From: Clostridia bacterium
GTDB lineage: Bacteria; Bacillota; Clostridia; UBA1381
Length of the DNA: 59,290 nucleotides
Direction: 5' to 3'
NCBI GenBank assembly: GCA_045649145.1
Contig: JAZRPK010000068.1
Coordinates: forward strand, 1 to 59,290
Shown here: in pieces, positions 39,926 to 51,063 of the stretch
Layout: every line of letters starts with the position of its first letter
Position numbering within the stretch: the stretch's first letter is position 1
Made by a program: the position numbers and the translations under genes
Notes under the pieces: generated by a model
Databases searched by the model: none
The model's input: only the letters and a program-made list of their open reading frames with translations
Told to the model about the DNA's origin: nothing

Positions 39926-40072
39926 ATCTACAACCTCCTGTTATAATAGATAGCACCAAGTCAAGCCTTTTATTCTCACCGCTTTGTCCCATTTTAGATA
40001 ATTTTTACTTGCCAAGCGAACAAAAAGAATATATAATGAATGTAATATATTTTGATTGAAAGGATTATAACA

Positions 40073-40732
40073 ATGAGTCTTAATACACAAGAAAAACTGC
40101 GTTGCCCGAAATGTGGCTGTCTTAACGATATTACCCTGTGGCAGTCGTTGACTGTGTCGGACAGCGAGGATCTTAAAAATGAGCTTTTGAAAGGGCAGCT
40201 AAATGTGCTTATATGCCGTGACTGCGGTGCGAGAGCATTAGTTCCTACACCCCTTTTATACCACGACGAGAATAAAAAGCTGATGATTTCTTTTGTCCCG
40301 ACAGAAAATGCAGATGACGCAAAAAAGCAGTTTGAATCAATCAAAAAAAGCTCAAAGGACTCGGGAGAGCTTAAATCTCTTGCAGGCTATAATTTACGTT
40401 ATGTGTCCGATTACAACACATTGCTTGAGAAGCTCTTGATTTTTGACTCAGGTTTAAGTGACAAAACTATTGAAGTTATCAAGCTTATGGTGCTTTTGCA
40501 GGAGCCTGAAATGGCGGACAAGCGCACCGCTCTTTTTGGTAAACGTCACGAGGACGGCAGTATTGAGATAATGGTAAGAAATATTGCAGACGGGGCAGTT
40601 TTTACCTCCCGAGCACCTGCCGAAACCTACAAAACAGTACACACCGCACTTAAAAGCTCGGGTGTCAAGGACGTAAGCTTTGACTGGGAAATGGTAGACA
40701 GAGAATACGCCGAAAAGCTGTTAGGCTGCTGA
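40073..40732 (+). CDS. CpXC-domain protein
   Basis: 219 aa from MSLNTQEKLRCPKCG. A second CRDCG pair about 45 aa later is typical of the CpXC zinc-ribbon-like domain. Confidence 0.65.
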   Translation: MSLNTQEKLRCPKCGCLNDITLWQSLTVSDSEDLKNELLKGQLNVLICRDCGARALVPTPLLYHDENKKLMISFVPTENADDAKKQFESIKKSSKDSGELKSLAGYNLRYVSDYNTLLEKLLIFDSGLSDKTIEVIKLMVLLQEPEMADKRTALFGKRHEDGSIEIMVRNIADGAVFTSRAPAETYKTVHTALKSSGVKDVSFDWEMVDREYAEKLLGC

Positions 40733-40746
40733 TTCTCACATATAAC

Positions 40747-40777
40747 AAAATGACGACCGAATATGGCCGTCATTTTT
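40747..40777. terminator. hairpin terminator between convergent genes
   Basis: ATGACGACC / GGCCGTCAT stem (one mismatch) flanked by an A-run and T6. Confidence 0.6.
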
Positions 40778-41538
40778 TACTGTATCTTGAGTCCGTCGGC
40801 TATGCCACGCATAATAACCTCTCTCGCCTCAATAGCTTTATCTTTTTCAAGAGGAGGTGTATCCTTTAAGGGATAGTCGATACCTAGCTCTTTGTACTTT
40901 GCTTTTCCCATATCGTGATACGGCAAAACATCGATTGCCTTTAAGGTTTTAAGCTTTGAGGCAAAGAGTCCGATTTTATACCAGTCCTCTTTATTGTCGG
41001 TAAGCTCCGGCACAACAACGTGTCTTATCCATATATCCACATTCTTTTTGCTTACATATTCCGCAAAGGCAAACACATTGCTGTTGCTCATACCTGTCAG
41101 CTCTTTGTGCTTATCGTTATCAATATGCTTGATATCAAGCATTACAAGGTCTAAGACTGACAACAGCTCGTCAAACTCCGATGCATTTTCGGCAGTAAAT
41201 CCTGCACCCGACGTATCAAGGCAGGTATGTATTCCCTTCGCCTTTGCCTTTTTCATAAGCTCGGTTACAAACTCCTTTTGCATAAGCGGCTCACCGCCCG
41301 TTACGGTTATACCCCCGCTTAAAAATGCACGGCACTTTTCATACTCCTCCAAAAGCTCGCCCGCTGTCATTTCCTGACCCTTGGTAAAATCCCACGTATC
41401 AGGATTATGACAATAAAGACATCTCATAGGACACCCCTGCATAAATATAACAAACCTCACCCCCGGTCCGTCTACAGTACCGAAGGTTTCTATCGAGTGT
41501 ATTCTTCCCGTTATTCTGTTATTTTCCAAGCAAGTCAT
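40777..41538 (-). CDS. pflA: glycyl-radical enzyme activating enzyme (pyruvate formate-lyase activase type)
   Basis: GRIHSIETFGTVDGPGVRFVIFMQGCPMRCLYCHNPDTW carries the radical-SAM CxxxCxxC motif and is the PflA N-terminal signature. The exact start is uncertain (41538 or 41550). Overlaps the upstream gene end. Confidence 0.85.
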   Translation of the reverse strand: MTCLENNRITGRIHSIETFGTVDGPGVRFVIFMQGCPMRCLYCHNPDTWDFTKGQEMTAGELLEEYEKCRAFLSGGITVTGGEPLMQKEFVTELMKKAKAKGIHTCLDTSGAGFTAENASEFDELLSVLDLVMLDIKHIDNDKHKELTGMSNSNVFAFAEYVSKKNVDIWIRHVVVPELTDNKEDWYKIGLFASKLKTLKAIDVLPYHDMGKAKYKELGIDYPLKDTPPLEKDKAIEAREVIMRGIADGLKIQ

Positions 41539-42472
41539 AAAATGGCACATCTCCCAAAGAAAATTCTCTTCCGTTTAAGTATTGGAGCACTCCTGCGTCA
41601 GATTTGAATGAAAACTTAAGCCTGTGCGAGCAAAGTGCCTGACGAAACACACCCGCAGCCTTATTTATCTCATTTTTGCCGTATTTGCCGTCACCAATAA
41701 GCGGATGCCCGATTGATGCAAAATGCGCTCTTATCTGATGCGTTCTGCCCGTTTTAAGCTCAACCTCTATAAGCGACCTACCCATCCCTTCGTCTATTAC
41801 ACGATATGCTGTTATAATGGTTTTACCGTCAGGTACGGGTTTATCATAAATATACACGTGTTTTTTTCTCTCATCCCGTCGTAAAAATGCCTTCAGTTCA
41901 CCCTTTTTATCCTTCATAACGCCGTCAACCACACAGATATAGTATTTTTCAATTTCACGGCTCTTGATTTTTTCGTTCATTACCCTGAGCGCCTCTGCAT
42001 TTTTGGCGGCAATGACGATACCTCGGGTATTTCGGTCGATACGATTGCACAGTGCAGGTGTAAAGCTCTGCTCTTTATGGGGGTCATATTCGCCCTTTTT
42101 CCACAAATAACACTTGATATAATCTATAAGGGTTGCCCCGCTCCCTGACTCGTCCTCGTGGACACAAAGCCCCTGCGGCTTATCTGCTAAAAGAATATTC
42201 TCGTCCTCATACACGATATCAAGCTTTGGGTTAAGATTCATAAACGAATAATCGGTCGTCTTTTCAAAGAATTCGTCCTTAAAATACAGCTTAAGCACAT
42301 CACCCTCCGAAAGCTTTATGCCTGCGTCCTTTGCGTGCTTGCCGTTTAAGCGTACACATTCCTTTCTAAGACCCTTATACAGCATAGACTCAGGCATTAA
42401 AGGCATCAGCTTATGCAAAAATTTATCAAGGCGTTGCCCCGCATCGTTAAGAGTTATTCTTATCTCTCTCAT
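41519..42472 (-). CDS. RluA-family pseudouridine synthase (S4 domain + catalytic domain)
   Basis: 317 aa. N-terminal S4-like region, NRIDRNTRGIVIAAK catalytic Asp motif, TGRTHQIRAH. Confidence 0.85.
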   Translation of the reverse strand: MREIRITLNDAGQRLDKFLHKLMPLMPESMLYKGLRKECVRLNGKHAKDAGIKLSEGDVLKLYFKDEFFEKTTDYSFMNLNPKLDIVYEDENILLADKPQGLCVHEDESGSGATLIDYIKCYLWKKGEYDPHKEQSFTPALCNRIDRNTRGIVIAAKNAEALRVMNEKIKSREIEKYYICVVDGVMKDKKGELKAFLRRDERKKHVYIYDKPVPDGKTIITAYRVIDEGMGRSLIEVELKTGRTHQIRAHFASIGHPLIGDGKYGKNEINKAAGVFRQALCSHRLKFSFKSDAGVLQYLNGREFSLGDVPFYDLLGK

Positions 42473-42573
42473 TATCTATCCCTCGTAAAAAAATTGTCTT
42501 ATTGCTATTGTATCATAAATTAAAATGTGATACAATAGATAAAATAAAACCTTTGCAGGGAGTTTTGATAAAA

Positions 42574-43431
42574 ATGGGACTTTTTGGCTTTAATTATTCT
42601 AAACCCGGACCGGGAATTGATAAAAATGCACCAAAGAAAAAGGGCATATTCAGATACTTCGAAATATTTTTCCGCAAGTTTTGGAAACTTATTCAGGTAA
42701 ATATGCTAAGCTTTGTTATCAGTATTCCGTTTTTGGCTGTTATGTTTTTTATATCACCTACCGACTCTGTTATAACAGCTTTCTTAGGCGAGCTTGATAA
42801 CAGCTCTTTAATGCTGTCGCTAACCTTAAGAGGACTGTTTGCAGTAACGATGTATATTCTTTGGGGCAGTGGTCCCGCTTCGGCTGCGTATGCGTACATA
42901 ACACGCTGCTTTACACGTGAGCAACACGCATGGATTTTGTCCGATTTCAAGGACAAGTTCTTAGAAAATTTCAAGCAGGGCATTATAGTTTCAGTTATTG
43001 ATATTATAGTTATGCTGGCTTTCATCTTCGGCTTTAACACCTACTACACACAATATCTTTCGGCAGGGTCGGGACTATGGTTTATTATGCTTGGTGTTTA
43101 TGCCATGATAACATTGCTCTATACATTTATGCATTTTTATATTTATCAGTTTATGATAACCTTTGAATCGACTACAATCGGGCTTTATCGCAATGCGTTC
43201 ATATTCTCGGTTGCCCAGATGCCGATGTGTATCATCCTTGCAATAGTGGCAATAGCCGTTAATGTGTTGCTGTTTTATTTCCTCAATCCTATGGTGGCTT
43301 TGATTTTGAGCTTTGTAATCGTTGCCTCGCTTGCACGTTTTCCGATAGAATATTCGGCAGCACGTGCTATTGAGAAAAAGCTTCTGGCAAATATTGAGGA
43401 TACAGACGAAAGAGGCGAAGGAGAGGAATAA
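42574..43431 (+). CDS. DUF624 (YesL-like) membrane protein
   Basis: 285 aa from [43 protein letters not shown] is typical of DUF624. GGGAG SD. Confidence 0.6.
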   Translation: MGLFGFNYSKPGPGIDKNAPKKKGIFRYFEIFFRKFWKLIQVNMLSFVISIPFLAVMFFISPTDSVITAFLGELDNSSLMLSLTLRGLFAVTMYILWGSGPASAAYAYITRCFTREQHAWILSDFKDKFLENFKQGIIVSVIDIIVMLAFIFGFNTYYTQYLSAGSGLWFIMLGVYAMITLLYTFMHFYIYQFMITFESTTIGLYRNAFIFSVAQMPMCIILAIVAIAVNVLLFYFLNPMVALILSFVIVASLARFPIEYSAARAIEKKLLANIEDTDERGEGEE

Positions 43432-43441
43432 TTTGCAGGAA

Positions 43442-45301
43442 ATGATAGGAAGCTTTGATGTAGCGGTAATAGGTGCAGGTCATGCAGGATGCGAGGCTGC
43501 TTTGGCAGCGGCACGGCTTGGTATGCGTACTGTTATATTCTCAATCAGCTTAGACGCAGTAGGCAATCTCCCGTGTAATCCGAGTATCGGCGGCACGGCA
43601 AAGGGACATCTTGTCCGTGAGATAGATGCCTTAGGCGGCGAAATGGGCAAGGCGGCTGACGCATCATTTATACAGTCAAAGATGCTTAACCGTGGCAAAG
43701 GCCCTGCCGTACACTCTCTGCGTGCGCAAATTGACCGAAAAAGCTATCACCGTGAAATGAAAAAGCGACTTGAAACACAGCCGCTCCTACAACTAAAGCA
43801 AGCTGAAATCTGCGACGTTTTAATCGAAAACGGCGCTGTTTGCGGTGTTAAAACACACTTAGGTACAGTTTACGGTGCAAAGGCTGTTATTATCTGCTCT
43901 GGCACGTATCTAAAGGGCAAAATTTTAATAGGCGACTACGAACGTGAGAGCGGTCCTGACGGGACTTTTCCGTCTAACGAGCTTTCTGAAAGCCTAAAAA
44001 AGCTCGGCATTACATTGAGGCGTTTTAAGACTGGTACGCCCGCAAGAATACACGCAGACTCTCTTAGGTTTGACGAAATGGAGCGTGAAGAGGGTGACGA
44101 GAAAATAACCCCATTCTCCTTTGAAACGGAAAAGCAGTGCGAGAACCTTGCCTGCTGTTATCTTACATATACTAACGAGGAAACGCACAAAATAATACGT
44201 GATAACATACAAAAAGCACCTATGTATTCGGGCCGTGTAAACGGCGTCGGCGCACGCTACTGTCCGTCAATTGAGGATAAGGTGGTACGTTTTGCTGACA
44301 AGCCCAGACATCAGCTCTTTATCGAGCCGATGGGACTAGACACACGTGAAATGTACGCTCAGGGCATATCGACAGGCTTACCAGAAGATGTACAGCTTAA
44401 GATGCTCCGCTCTATCAAGGGCTTACAGGACGTGGAGATTATGCGACCTGCATACGCGATTGAGTACGATTGCTGTGACCCTACCGAGCTATATGCAACC
44501 TTAGAATTTAAGACAATATCAGGTCTTTACGGCGCAGGACAGTTTAACGGCACAAGCGGCTATGAAGAGGCTGCGGCGCAGGGGCTTGTGGCAGGAATAA
44601 ATGCTGCATTAAAGCTCTCGGGCAAGGAGCCAATGGTGCTTTTAAGAGAAGACGGGTATATCGGCACATTAGTAGATGACCTTGTAACAAAGGGAACGAA
44701 CGAGCCGTACCGTATGATGACCTCCCGTTCGGAATACCGCCTGCTTTTAAGACAGGATAACGCCGACGAGCGTCTTACACCGATTGGTTATAGGGTAGGA
44801 TTGATAAGCGAAGAGCGGTATCAGAAATTTTTAGAAAAGCAACAGCTTATAAACGAGGAGTTAAAACGTCTTGAGTCTATCGTGCTCTCGCCAAAGGTAA
44901 TAAATCCTGTTTTAGAGCTTTATGGCGGCAGTACAGTTTCTACTGGACTTCGTATGACCGATGCAATCCGCCGTCCCGAGCTTAGCTATGAGGCATTAGC
45001 GACAGTTGACCAAAATCGTCCCCATCTTCCTGACGCAGTTTGCGAGGAGGTCGAAATCAAAATCAAGTACGACGGCTACATAAAACGCCAGAAACAGCAG
45101 GCAGAGCAGGTTAAAAAGCTCGAATCCCGACCTCTTAGTGACGATATTGACTATATGTCAATCTACGGACTGCGCATTGAGGCACGTCAAAAGCTTGATA
45201 AAATAAAACCCCGCTCACTAGGACAGGCATCACGTATTTCGGGCGTTTCACCGTCGGATATTTCTGTACTTATAATATGGCTGGAGGCAAACGGAAGATA
45301 G
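43442..45301 (+). CDS. mnmG: tRNA uridine 5-carboxymethylaminomethyl modification enzyme MnmG (GidA)
   Basis: [19 protein letters not shown] motif, [32 protein letters not shown]-type motif. TTG 43433 is an alternative start. Confidence 0.96.
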   Translation: MIGSFDVAVIGAGHAGCEAALAAARLGMRTVIFSISLDAVGNLPCNPSIGGTAKGHLVREIDALGGEMGKAADASFIQSKMLNRGKGPAVHSLRAQIDRKSYHREMKKRLETQPLLQLKQAEICDVLIENGAVCGVKTHLGTVYGAKAVIICSGTYLKGKILIGDYERESGPDGTFPSNELSESLKKLGITLRRFKTGTPARIHADSLRFDEMEREEGDEKITPFSFETEKQCENLACCYLTYTNEETHKIIRDNIQKAPMYSGRVNGVGARYCPSIEDKVVRFADKPRHQLFIEPMGLDTREMYAQGISTGLPEDVQLKMLRSIKGLQDVEIMRPAYAIEYDCCDPTELYATLEFKTISGLYGAGQFNGTSGYEEAAAQGLVAGINAALKLSGKEPMVLLREDGYIGTLVDDLVTKGTNEPYRMMTSRSEYRLLLRQDNADERLTPIGYRVGLISEERYQKFLEKQQLINEELKRLESIVLSPKVINPVLELYGGSTVSTGLRMTDAIRRPELSYEALATVDQNRPHLPDAVCEEVEIKIKYDGYIKRQKQQAEQVKKLESRPLSDDIDYMSIYGLRIEARQKLDKIKPRSLGQASRISGVSPSDISVLIIWLEANGR

Positions 45302-45317
45302 TATTAAGGAGGCTTTT

Positions 45318-46790
45318 ATGCTTTTTAATTCGTTAGAGTTTCTTATCTTTTTCCCGATAGTTACTCTGTTATATTTTATAATACCGCATAAAGTCAGATA
45401 CTTGTGGCTGTTGGGTGCAAGCTATTATTTTTATATGTGCTGGAACCCTCGCTACGCATTTTTGATGGCAGCGTCCACCTTTTTTACGTGGCTTGGCGGT
45501 GCGGTTATTGACGCGACTAAAAATCCCTCGGCACGAAAGGCTGCCGTCGGGCTTAATTTTGCTGTCAATCTTTTAATACTCTTCTTCTTTAAGTATTTCG
45601 CCTTTACTGTCGATAATATTAACAGCGTTCTAACAATGCTTAATATGTCGCCTGTTACCGCTCGTTTTGATGTAATACTCCCTGTTGGTATATCCTTTTA
45701 TACCTTTCAGGCACTTGGCTACACTATGGATGTGTACCGAGGCGATATAAAACACGAAAAGAATATTCTTAAATACGCTCTTTTCGTATCCTTTTTCCCT
45801 CAGCTTGTAGCAGGGCCTATCGAAAGGTCAAAAAACCTTTTGCATCAGCTAAGCGAAAAGCACAGCTTTAATTATGACCGTGTTGTAAGCGGACTTTTAC
45901 TTATGCTATGGGGATTTTTCCAGAAAATCGTAATAGCCGACCGTGCAGCTCTGTTGGTGGATAAGGTGTACGGTAATACGTCGGAATTTTTCGGCTTTCA
46001 TTTTGCAGTTGCTACTATCATTTTCGCAGTTCAGATTTACTGTGACTTTGCCAGCTATACCACCATTGCACGAGGTACTGCACGTGTTTTGGGAATGGAG
46101 CTTATGGAGAACTTTAACGTACCCTATTTCGCACGCTCAATAGCAGATTTCTGGAGCAGGTGGCATATTTCACTATCCGGCTGGTTCAGGGATTATCTGT
46201 ATATCCCTCTCGGCGGTAACCGAAAGGGAAAGATAAGGAAATACTTTAATATTATGATTGTTTTTCTGGTAAGCGGTCTGTGGCACGGCGCAAGCTGGAA
46301 CTATATTATATGGGGATTTATACACGGCGTGGCACGTGTTCTGGGCGATGCTACCAAAAACATAAGGCACCTTACAGCAGACTTAATCGGCATAAAGAGA
46401 AACAGACCGTACTATCAGGTATTTCAGGTAATTATGACCTTTATACTGGTATGTATAGCGTGGATTTTCTTCCGTGCGGAGAGTCTTTCGTCGGCGGTAT
46501 TTATACTTAGAAAAATCTTCTTGGACTTCCGTCCCGAGCTGATATTTGGCGGCGGACTTTTAGGAATGGGATTATCAACACCCGATTTGTTCGTGCTATT
46601 TGCATCAATTGCTGTGCTTCTTTTTGCCGACACGCTCAAATACCGCAAAATAGGTGCAAATGCTTTGATACTTAATATGCACATAATACCCCGCTTTGCA
46701 ATTATTCTTATACTGCTATATTCAACACTTGTATTTGGAATTTACGGCGCAGGTTATACCTCGTCGCAGTTTATATATTTTCAGTTCTGA
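45318..46790 (+). CDS. MBOAT-family membrane-bound O-acyltransferase (AlgI/DltB-like)
   Basis: 490 aa, polytopic. FWSRWHISLSGWFRDYLYIPLGGNR and SGLWHGASWNY (catalytic His) motifs. Confidence 0.88.
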   Translation: MLFNSLEFLIFFPIVTLLYFIIPHKVRYLWLLGASYYFYMCWNPRYAFLMAASTFFTWLGGAVIDATKNPSARKAAVGLNFAVNLLILFFFKYFAFTVDNINSVLTMLNMSPVTARFDVILPVGISFYTFQALGYTMDVYRGDIKHEKNILKYALFVSFFPQLVAGPIERSKNLLHQLSEKHSFNYDRVVSGLLLMLWGFFQKIVIADRAALLVDKVYGNTSEFFGFHFAVATIIFAVQIYCDFASYTTIARGTARVLGMELMENFNVPYFARSIADFWSRWHISLSGWFRDYLYIPLGGNRKGKIRKYFNIMIVFLVSGLWHGASWNYIIWGFIHGVARVLGDATKNIRHLTADLIGIKRNRPYYQVFQVIMTFILVCIAWIFFRAESLSSAVFILRKIFLDFRPELIFGGGLLGMGLSTPDLFVLFASIAVLLFADTLKYRKIGANALILNMHIIPRFAIILILLYSTLVFGIYGAGYTSSQFIYFQF

Positions 46791-46804
46791 TATTGGAGGA
46801 CAAA

Positions 46805-47845
46805 ATGAGAAAGGCTTTTCGTGCTGTGGCATTTTTGCTGATAGCGATATTGCTGTTCGTTAGCCTCGACCGCATTCTTGCAAGAAAAACTATCCGAGGC
46901 TGGTGGAACATTACAACCAAAATACACGGCTTCTTTAACTCTAAGCCCGATAGCTATGATGTGATTTTCTGCGGCTCGTCGCACGCATATTGCAGCTTTA
47001 ATCCGCTTGTAATCGGCGAGGAAACGGGGCTTTCTTCCTATACTCTCGCAACGCAAAAGCAACCGCTTTGGGCGACCTATTACTATATCAAAGAGGCAAT
47101 AGCACGCCAAAAGCCGTCGCTTATCGTATTGGATGCTTTTTCCTTCTCACTTACCGACGAATACGCCGACGAGGCAACCAACTATACCTTTACCGACGAT
47201 TTTCCGTTCGGTATAAACAAGCTTGAAATGATATCGGCGTCGGCACCTTTTGAGGAACGTTTTGACCTGCTTTTTAAGTTTACAAAGTATCACTCACGTT
47301 GGAGTGAGCTTACACGGCAGGATTTTGAGTATAAGCCGTCCGAGCTTTATGACTATCTATACGGCTACTGTATGCTTACCTCCACCGACGCCAGCCTCAC
47401 AAGGCGAACGGACACAAGCTATATCGCGACTCCCTCATCGGACAAAAACGAGCTGTGGCTTAAAAATATCATCAAGCTCTGCCAAGAAGAAGGTGTCAGA
47501 CTGATGATAGTAAAGACGCCTCTTAACGAAAATGACGGCGAGCGAGGGTACTTTGAGAGGGTGCGTGAAATTGCAAAAGAAAATAATGTAGAGTTTGTCT
47601 ATTACAACGATTATTTTGATGAAATAGGTCTTGATATATCACAAGACTTCTTTGACCGTGCACATCTTAATCATAAAGGTGCAGATAAGTTCAGCCGTTA
47701 TTTTGCTCAAAACTATCTTTCCGATTTAACACCGAAAAGAGAGCTTGACGAAGAATTTTATACCAACTTAAAAAGATATAAAAGAGAATTTAGCGGCGAG
47801 AATAATGTCTTTTTCTATTCGCCGAAATTTAGCATTGGGAGATAA
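46805..47845 (+). CDS. membrane-anchored partner of the MBOAT (SGNH/DltD-AlgX-like fold suspected)
   Basis: 346 aa from ATG 46805 after GGAGG. N-terminal anchor. VIFCGSSHAY resembles an SGNH block I. The assignment rests largely on context. Confidence 0.45.
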   Translation: MRKAFRAVAFLLIAILLFVSLDRILARKTIRGWWNITTKIHGFFNSKPDSYDVIFCGSSHAYCSFNPLVIGEETGLSSYTLATQKQPLWATYYYIKEAIARQKPSLIVLDAFSFSLTDEYADEATNYTFTDDFPFGINKLEMISASAPFEERFDLLFKFTKYHSRWSELTRQDFEYKPSELYDYLYGYCMLTSTDASLTRRTDTSYIATPSSDKNELWLKNIIKLCQEEGVRLMIVKTPLNENDGERGYFERVREIAKENNVEFVYYNDYFDEIGLDISQDFFDRAHLNHKGADKFSRYFAQNYLSDLTPKRELDEEFYTNLKRYKREFSGENNVFFYSPKFSIGR

Positions 47846-47852
47846 AATAACT

Positions 47853-48674
47853 ATGGCGTACAAACGAATTCTTACAATACAGGATATTTCCTGCGTGGGA
47901 CAATGCTCTCTAACCGTTGCATTGCCGATAATATCGGCTTGCAGTATAGAAACGTGCATACTCCCGTCAGCAGTTCTATCGACTCATACAGGCGGTTTTA
48001 GCGGTTACACCTTCCGTGATTTGACCGACGATATCCCCAAAATAGCAGAGCATTGGAGCAAAGAGGGTATCCGCTTTGACGCAGTTTATACAGGTTATCT
48101 TGGAAGCATCAGGCAGATAGATTATGTAGCAGACATAATTGATGACGCAGGCTGCACGAGCATTATTGACCCCGTTATGGGTGACCGTGGCGAGCTATAT
48201 GCAGGCTTTGATATGGAGTTTGTGGGTGCAATGAAAGGTCTTTGCGCCAAGGCTGATATAATTATTCCAAACATTACCGAGGCGTCTTTTATGACAGGAA
48301 TTGAGTATCGTGAGCAGTATGACCGCTCATATATCGACAGTCTGATTTTGGAGCTTAAGAAAATCTGTTCAGGTACAATTATTCTTACAGGAGTCAGCTA
48401 CAACGATTACTCCACCGGAGTAGTGATATGCGAGAAAGACAATTATCATTATTATGAACACAAAAAGCTTGACGGCGGTTGTCACGGCACGGGAGATGTT
48501 TATGCCTCTACCTTTGTCGGTGCACTCTTAAACGGTATGACAAGCGTTGACGCCGCACGTGTCGCCGCAGATTTTACGCTTTTATGTATCGAAAAAACCG
48601 ACAAGGAGCATTGGTACGGACCGCAGTTTGAAAAGGCTCTGCCCGAGCTTATAAGGATGCTGGGGGATAAATAA
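47853..48674 (+). CDS. pdxK: pyridoxal/pyridoxamine kinase (ribokinase superfamily)
   Basis: 273 aa from MAYKRILTIQDISCVGQCSL. DPVMGD, and GTGDVYAS as the anion-hole motif. Confidence 0.78.
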   Translation: MAYKRILTIQDISCVGQCSLTVALPIISACSIETCILPSAVLSTHTGGFSGYTFRDLTDDIPKIAEHWSKEGIRFDAVYTGYLGSIRQIDYVADIIDDAGCTSIIDPVMGDRGELYAGFDMEFVGAMKGLCAKADIIIPNITEASFMTGIEYREQYDRSYIDSLILELKKICSGTIILTGVSYNDYSTGVVICEKDNYHYYEHKKLDGGCHGTGDVYASTFVGALLNGMTSVDAARVAADFTLLCIEKTDKEHWYGPQFEKALPELIRMLGDK

Positions 48675-48678
48675 AAGG

Positions 48679-48707
48679 TTGAAATTATTTACATAATATG
48701 TTATACT
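48679..48707 (+). promoter_or_regulatory. candidate promoter of luxS-mtnN
   Basis: TTGAAA (48679-48684), N17 ending in TGT, TATACT (48702-48707). Confidence 0.5.
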
Positions 48708-48753
48708 GTAGTGAGGCGGTTTGGAATACCGTCGGAAAGGCAACGGTAATTTT

Positions 48754-49206
48754 ATGGATATAAAACAGAATGCAAGCTTTATGGTTGACCATAGGCGTTT
48801 TGGCGAGGGGCTTTATATATCTCGTATTGATGCTGATATTACAACCTTTGATATGCGTACCAGACGTCCTAATTCTCAGGAGGTTATGGACAATGTCACA
48901 ATGCACACCTTCGAGCATATGTTCTCAACTTATATCAGAAACAGCGAGCTTGATGTGTTGTATTTCGGGCCGATGGGATGTCAGACGGGGTTTTATCTCT
49001 TGGTGAGAAACGCCGACAACGATAAGGTTCTTGCCGAAATAAAGGCGGCTCTTGCAAAGATAATCTCACACGAGGGCGAGGTTTTCGGTGCGTCGGAAAT
49101 CGAGTGCGGTAATTACCTTTCTTTATCACTCCCCTCTGCAGTAAAAGAAGCACAGAGATATCTTGATGTGCTCAACAGCACAGCTGTGAACTACAAATAT
49201 TATTAA
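48754..49206 (+). CDS. luxS: S-ribosylhomocysteine lyase
   Basis: 150 aa. SFMVDH, the metal motif HTFEHM and GPMGCQTGFYL. The start was chosen by alignment to known LuxS N-termini. Confidence 0.92.
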   Translation: MDIKQNASFMVDHRRFGEGLYISRIDADITTFDMRTRRPNSQEVMDNVTMHTFEHMFSTYIRNSELDVLYFGPMGCQTGFYLLVRNADNDKVLAEIKAALAKIISHEGEVFGASEIECGNYLSLSLPSAVKEAQRYLDVLNSTAVNYKYY

Positions 49207-49223
49207 AAAGGATTGACAAAGAG

Positions 49224-49907
49224 ATGCTGGGAATAATTGGTGCAGTGGATATAGAGGTCGAAGGTCTTAAAAATATTGCGACCGATGTAACCGAAAAAGT
49301 AATAAGCGGGATAACATTTTTGTCGGGCAAAATTCACGGCAAGGACGTCGTAATTGCAAAATGCGGAATAGGTAAGGTTAATGCTGCACTCTGCGCGGAG
49401 GCTATGATTCTTACATATAATCCGTCACTTGTGATAAATACAGGTGTTGCAGGCTCTTTAACAAGCGATTTGTCTATAGGCGATATTGTAATTGCCAAAA
49501 ATGTATGTCAGCACGATTTTGATACCACTCCTGTAGGCGACCCGCTGGGACTTATACCCGAGGTAAACCTTGTTAAAATCCCGACTGACAAGGATGCTTG
49601 CAAGGCACTTTCCGCCGTGATTGCAAGACTTGGCATAGCTTCCAAAACGGGCGATGTCGCATCGGGCGATGCCTTTGTTGCAAGCTCTGAGAAGAAGGAC
49701 TTTATAATATCAAATTTCGGTGCAATAGCCTGTGAGATGGAGGGCGCAAGCATAGGTCAGGTATGTGCACTTAACGGCACGCCCTTCGCCGTACTGCGTG
49801 CACTATCCGACAGCGCAGACGAAGGTTCCTGCTCCGACTATCCTGCCTTCTGCCGTATGGCAGCAAAAAATTCTATAGATGTAATAAGTGAATTTATTAA
49901 AGGATAA
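49224..49907 (+). CDS. mtnN: 5'-methylthioadenosine / S-adenosylhomocysteine nucleosidase
   Basis: 227 aa. MLGIIGAVDIEV, GIGKVNAA, CEMEGASIGQV and LRALSD motifs. Confidence 0.9.
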   Translation: MLGIIGAVDIEVEGLKNIATDVTEKVISGITFLSGKIHGKDVVIAKCGIGKVNAALCAEAMILTYNPSLVINTGVAGSLTSDLSIGDIVIAKNVCQHDFDTTPVGDPLGLIPEVNLVKIPTDKDACKALSAVIARLGIASKTGDVASGDAFVASSEKKDFIISNFGAIACEMEGASIGQVCALNGTPFAVLRALSDSADEGSCSDYPAFCRMAAKNSIDVISEFIKG

Positions 49908-49908
49908 A

Positions 49909-49940
49909 GAAAACCGACGGAATAAACCGTCGGTTTTTTT
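49909..49940. terminator. bidirectional terminator between mtnN and the asparaginase gene
   Basis: ACCGACGG / CCGTCGGT stem with T7. Confidence 0.8.
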
Positions 49941-50926
49941 CATTCTAAAAATTCCTGTGCAATAGGTTTTATTAAAAACTCTTTAATGTCGCAATCAAGG
50001 CTTAATGCCAGCCAGCACTTCATATACAAGGCTATATAACTGCAAAGCGGCAATACCGAAAGTCCTATATTATCAAACAGCTTCGAGCTTTCATAACTGT
50101 CACCCGACCTTACATTTACTAAAAATACAGGTATTCCTCTTTCTCTTGCTTCAAGGCAAAATCTGCAAAGATTATCACTTTCTGTGTTTAGTGTCCCCGA
50201 ATGATAGGGTTTCAAAATTACCGCCTTTACACCATCAAGAGAATAGTTAAAAGCGTCACAAGGACGGCTTTCAATCACAAGGATTTCAGGCTCTTTGCAG
50301 TAATTTGATTTTCCTGTCCCCGTTCTCGCCAAAGAAGGTTTGTATTCCGTGTTTAGTTTTATCTTACCATCGCAATATGCGTATGGTTGGTTATCAATAC
50401 TGTAAATATCAGCCGAGCATTCCTGATGCTGTATAATACGTGTTGCAATGTGGATATCGGTTGTATTTTTGTTGTCATTTTTGTAGCTTACAAATACGCC
50501 TTTACCAAGCTTACTTTTAATAAACTCTACCGCAGCCGTAAAATTTACTGTACCGTTTTCCCTTTTATCTTCAAGAGGATATGCCGAGCATACCAAGACA
50601 ATCGGAATGTCTACGCCCTCCACAGCGTACGAAAGTGCTGCCGCTGTATACCCAATAGTGTCACTGCCGTGTGTGACAATTATTCCGTCGTAGTCTTTTT
50701 TAAGATTTTCCATAACGCACGAAATAATAGTATTAATCTCATTAGCCGACAGATTTTCGCTTAGTATATTGCAAGGCTTTAACATATCAATCTCAGTTTC
50801 AAAGTCACCTGCTAAGCTGCGGTATCTTTTAAGCAAAAGGTAATCGGTTTCACTGTTTGGCGCAATCCATCCGCCACGCTCGCTGCTGCCGATTGTCCCG
50901 CCTGTAAAAATTACAAGAATTCTCAT
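49940..50926 (-). CDS. asparaginase/glutaminase family protein (type I-like)
   Basis: 328 aa. MRILVIFTGGTIGS and IVTHGSDTIGYTAAALS are the two asparaginase active-site threonine motifs. Confidence 0.82.
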   Translation of the reverse strand: MRILVIFTGGTIGSSERGGWIAPNSETDYLLLKRYRSLAGDFETEIDMLKPCNILSENLSANEINTIISCVMENLKKDYDGIIVTHGSDTIGYTAAALSYAVEGVDIPIVLVCSAYPLEDKRENGTVNFTAAVEFIKSKLGKGVFVSYKNDNKNTTDIHIATRIIQHQECSADIYSIDNQPYAYCDGKIKLNTEYKPSLARTGTGKSNYCKEPEILVIESRPCDAFNYSLDGVKAVILKPYHSGTLNTESDNLCRFCLEARERGIPVFLVNVRSGDSYESSKLFDNIGLSVLPLCSYIALYMKCWLALSLDCDIKEFLIKPIAQEFLE

Positions 50927-51012
50927 ACCTTTATATCTTCCTTTAATTTTTTCTTATGTTATTGTATCACATAATAACTTATCTTAAAAGGCTTTTATCA
51001 AATATTTCTGTA

Positions 51013-51041
51013 TTGAAATTCTAAAAAGTGTATAGTATAAT
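51013..51041 (+). promoter_or_regulatory. candidate cysK promoter
   Basis: TTGAAA (51013-51018), N17, TATAAT (51036-51041). Confidence 0.55.
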
Positions 51042-51063
51042 AAATTTAAGGAGTTGATATAAA

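Noticed and set aside
39926-40072. Recognisable SigE/SigK-type promoter upstream of sigK
   Set aside because: I could not find a convincing match to the CATA---TA type -10 with appropriate -35 spacing by eye, so no call is made.
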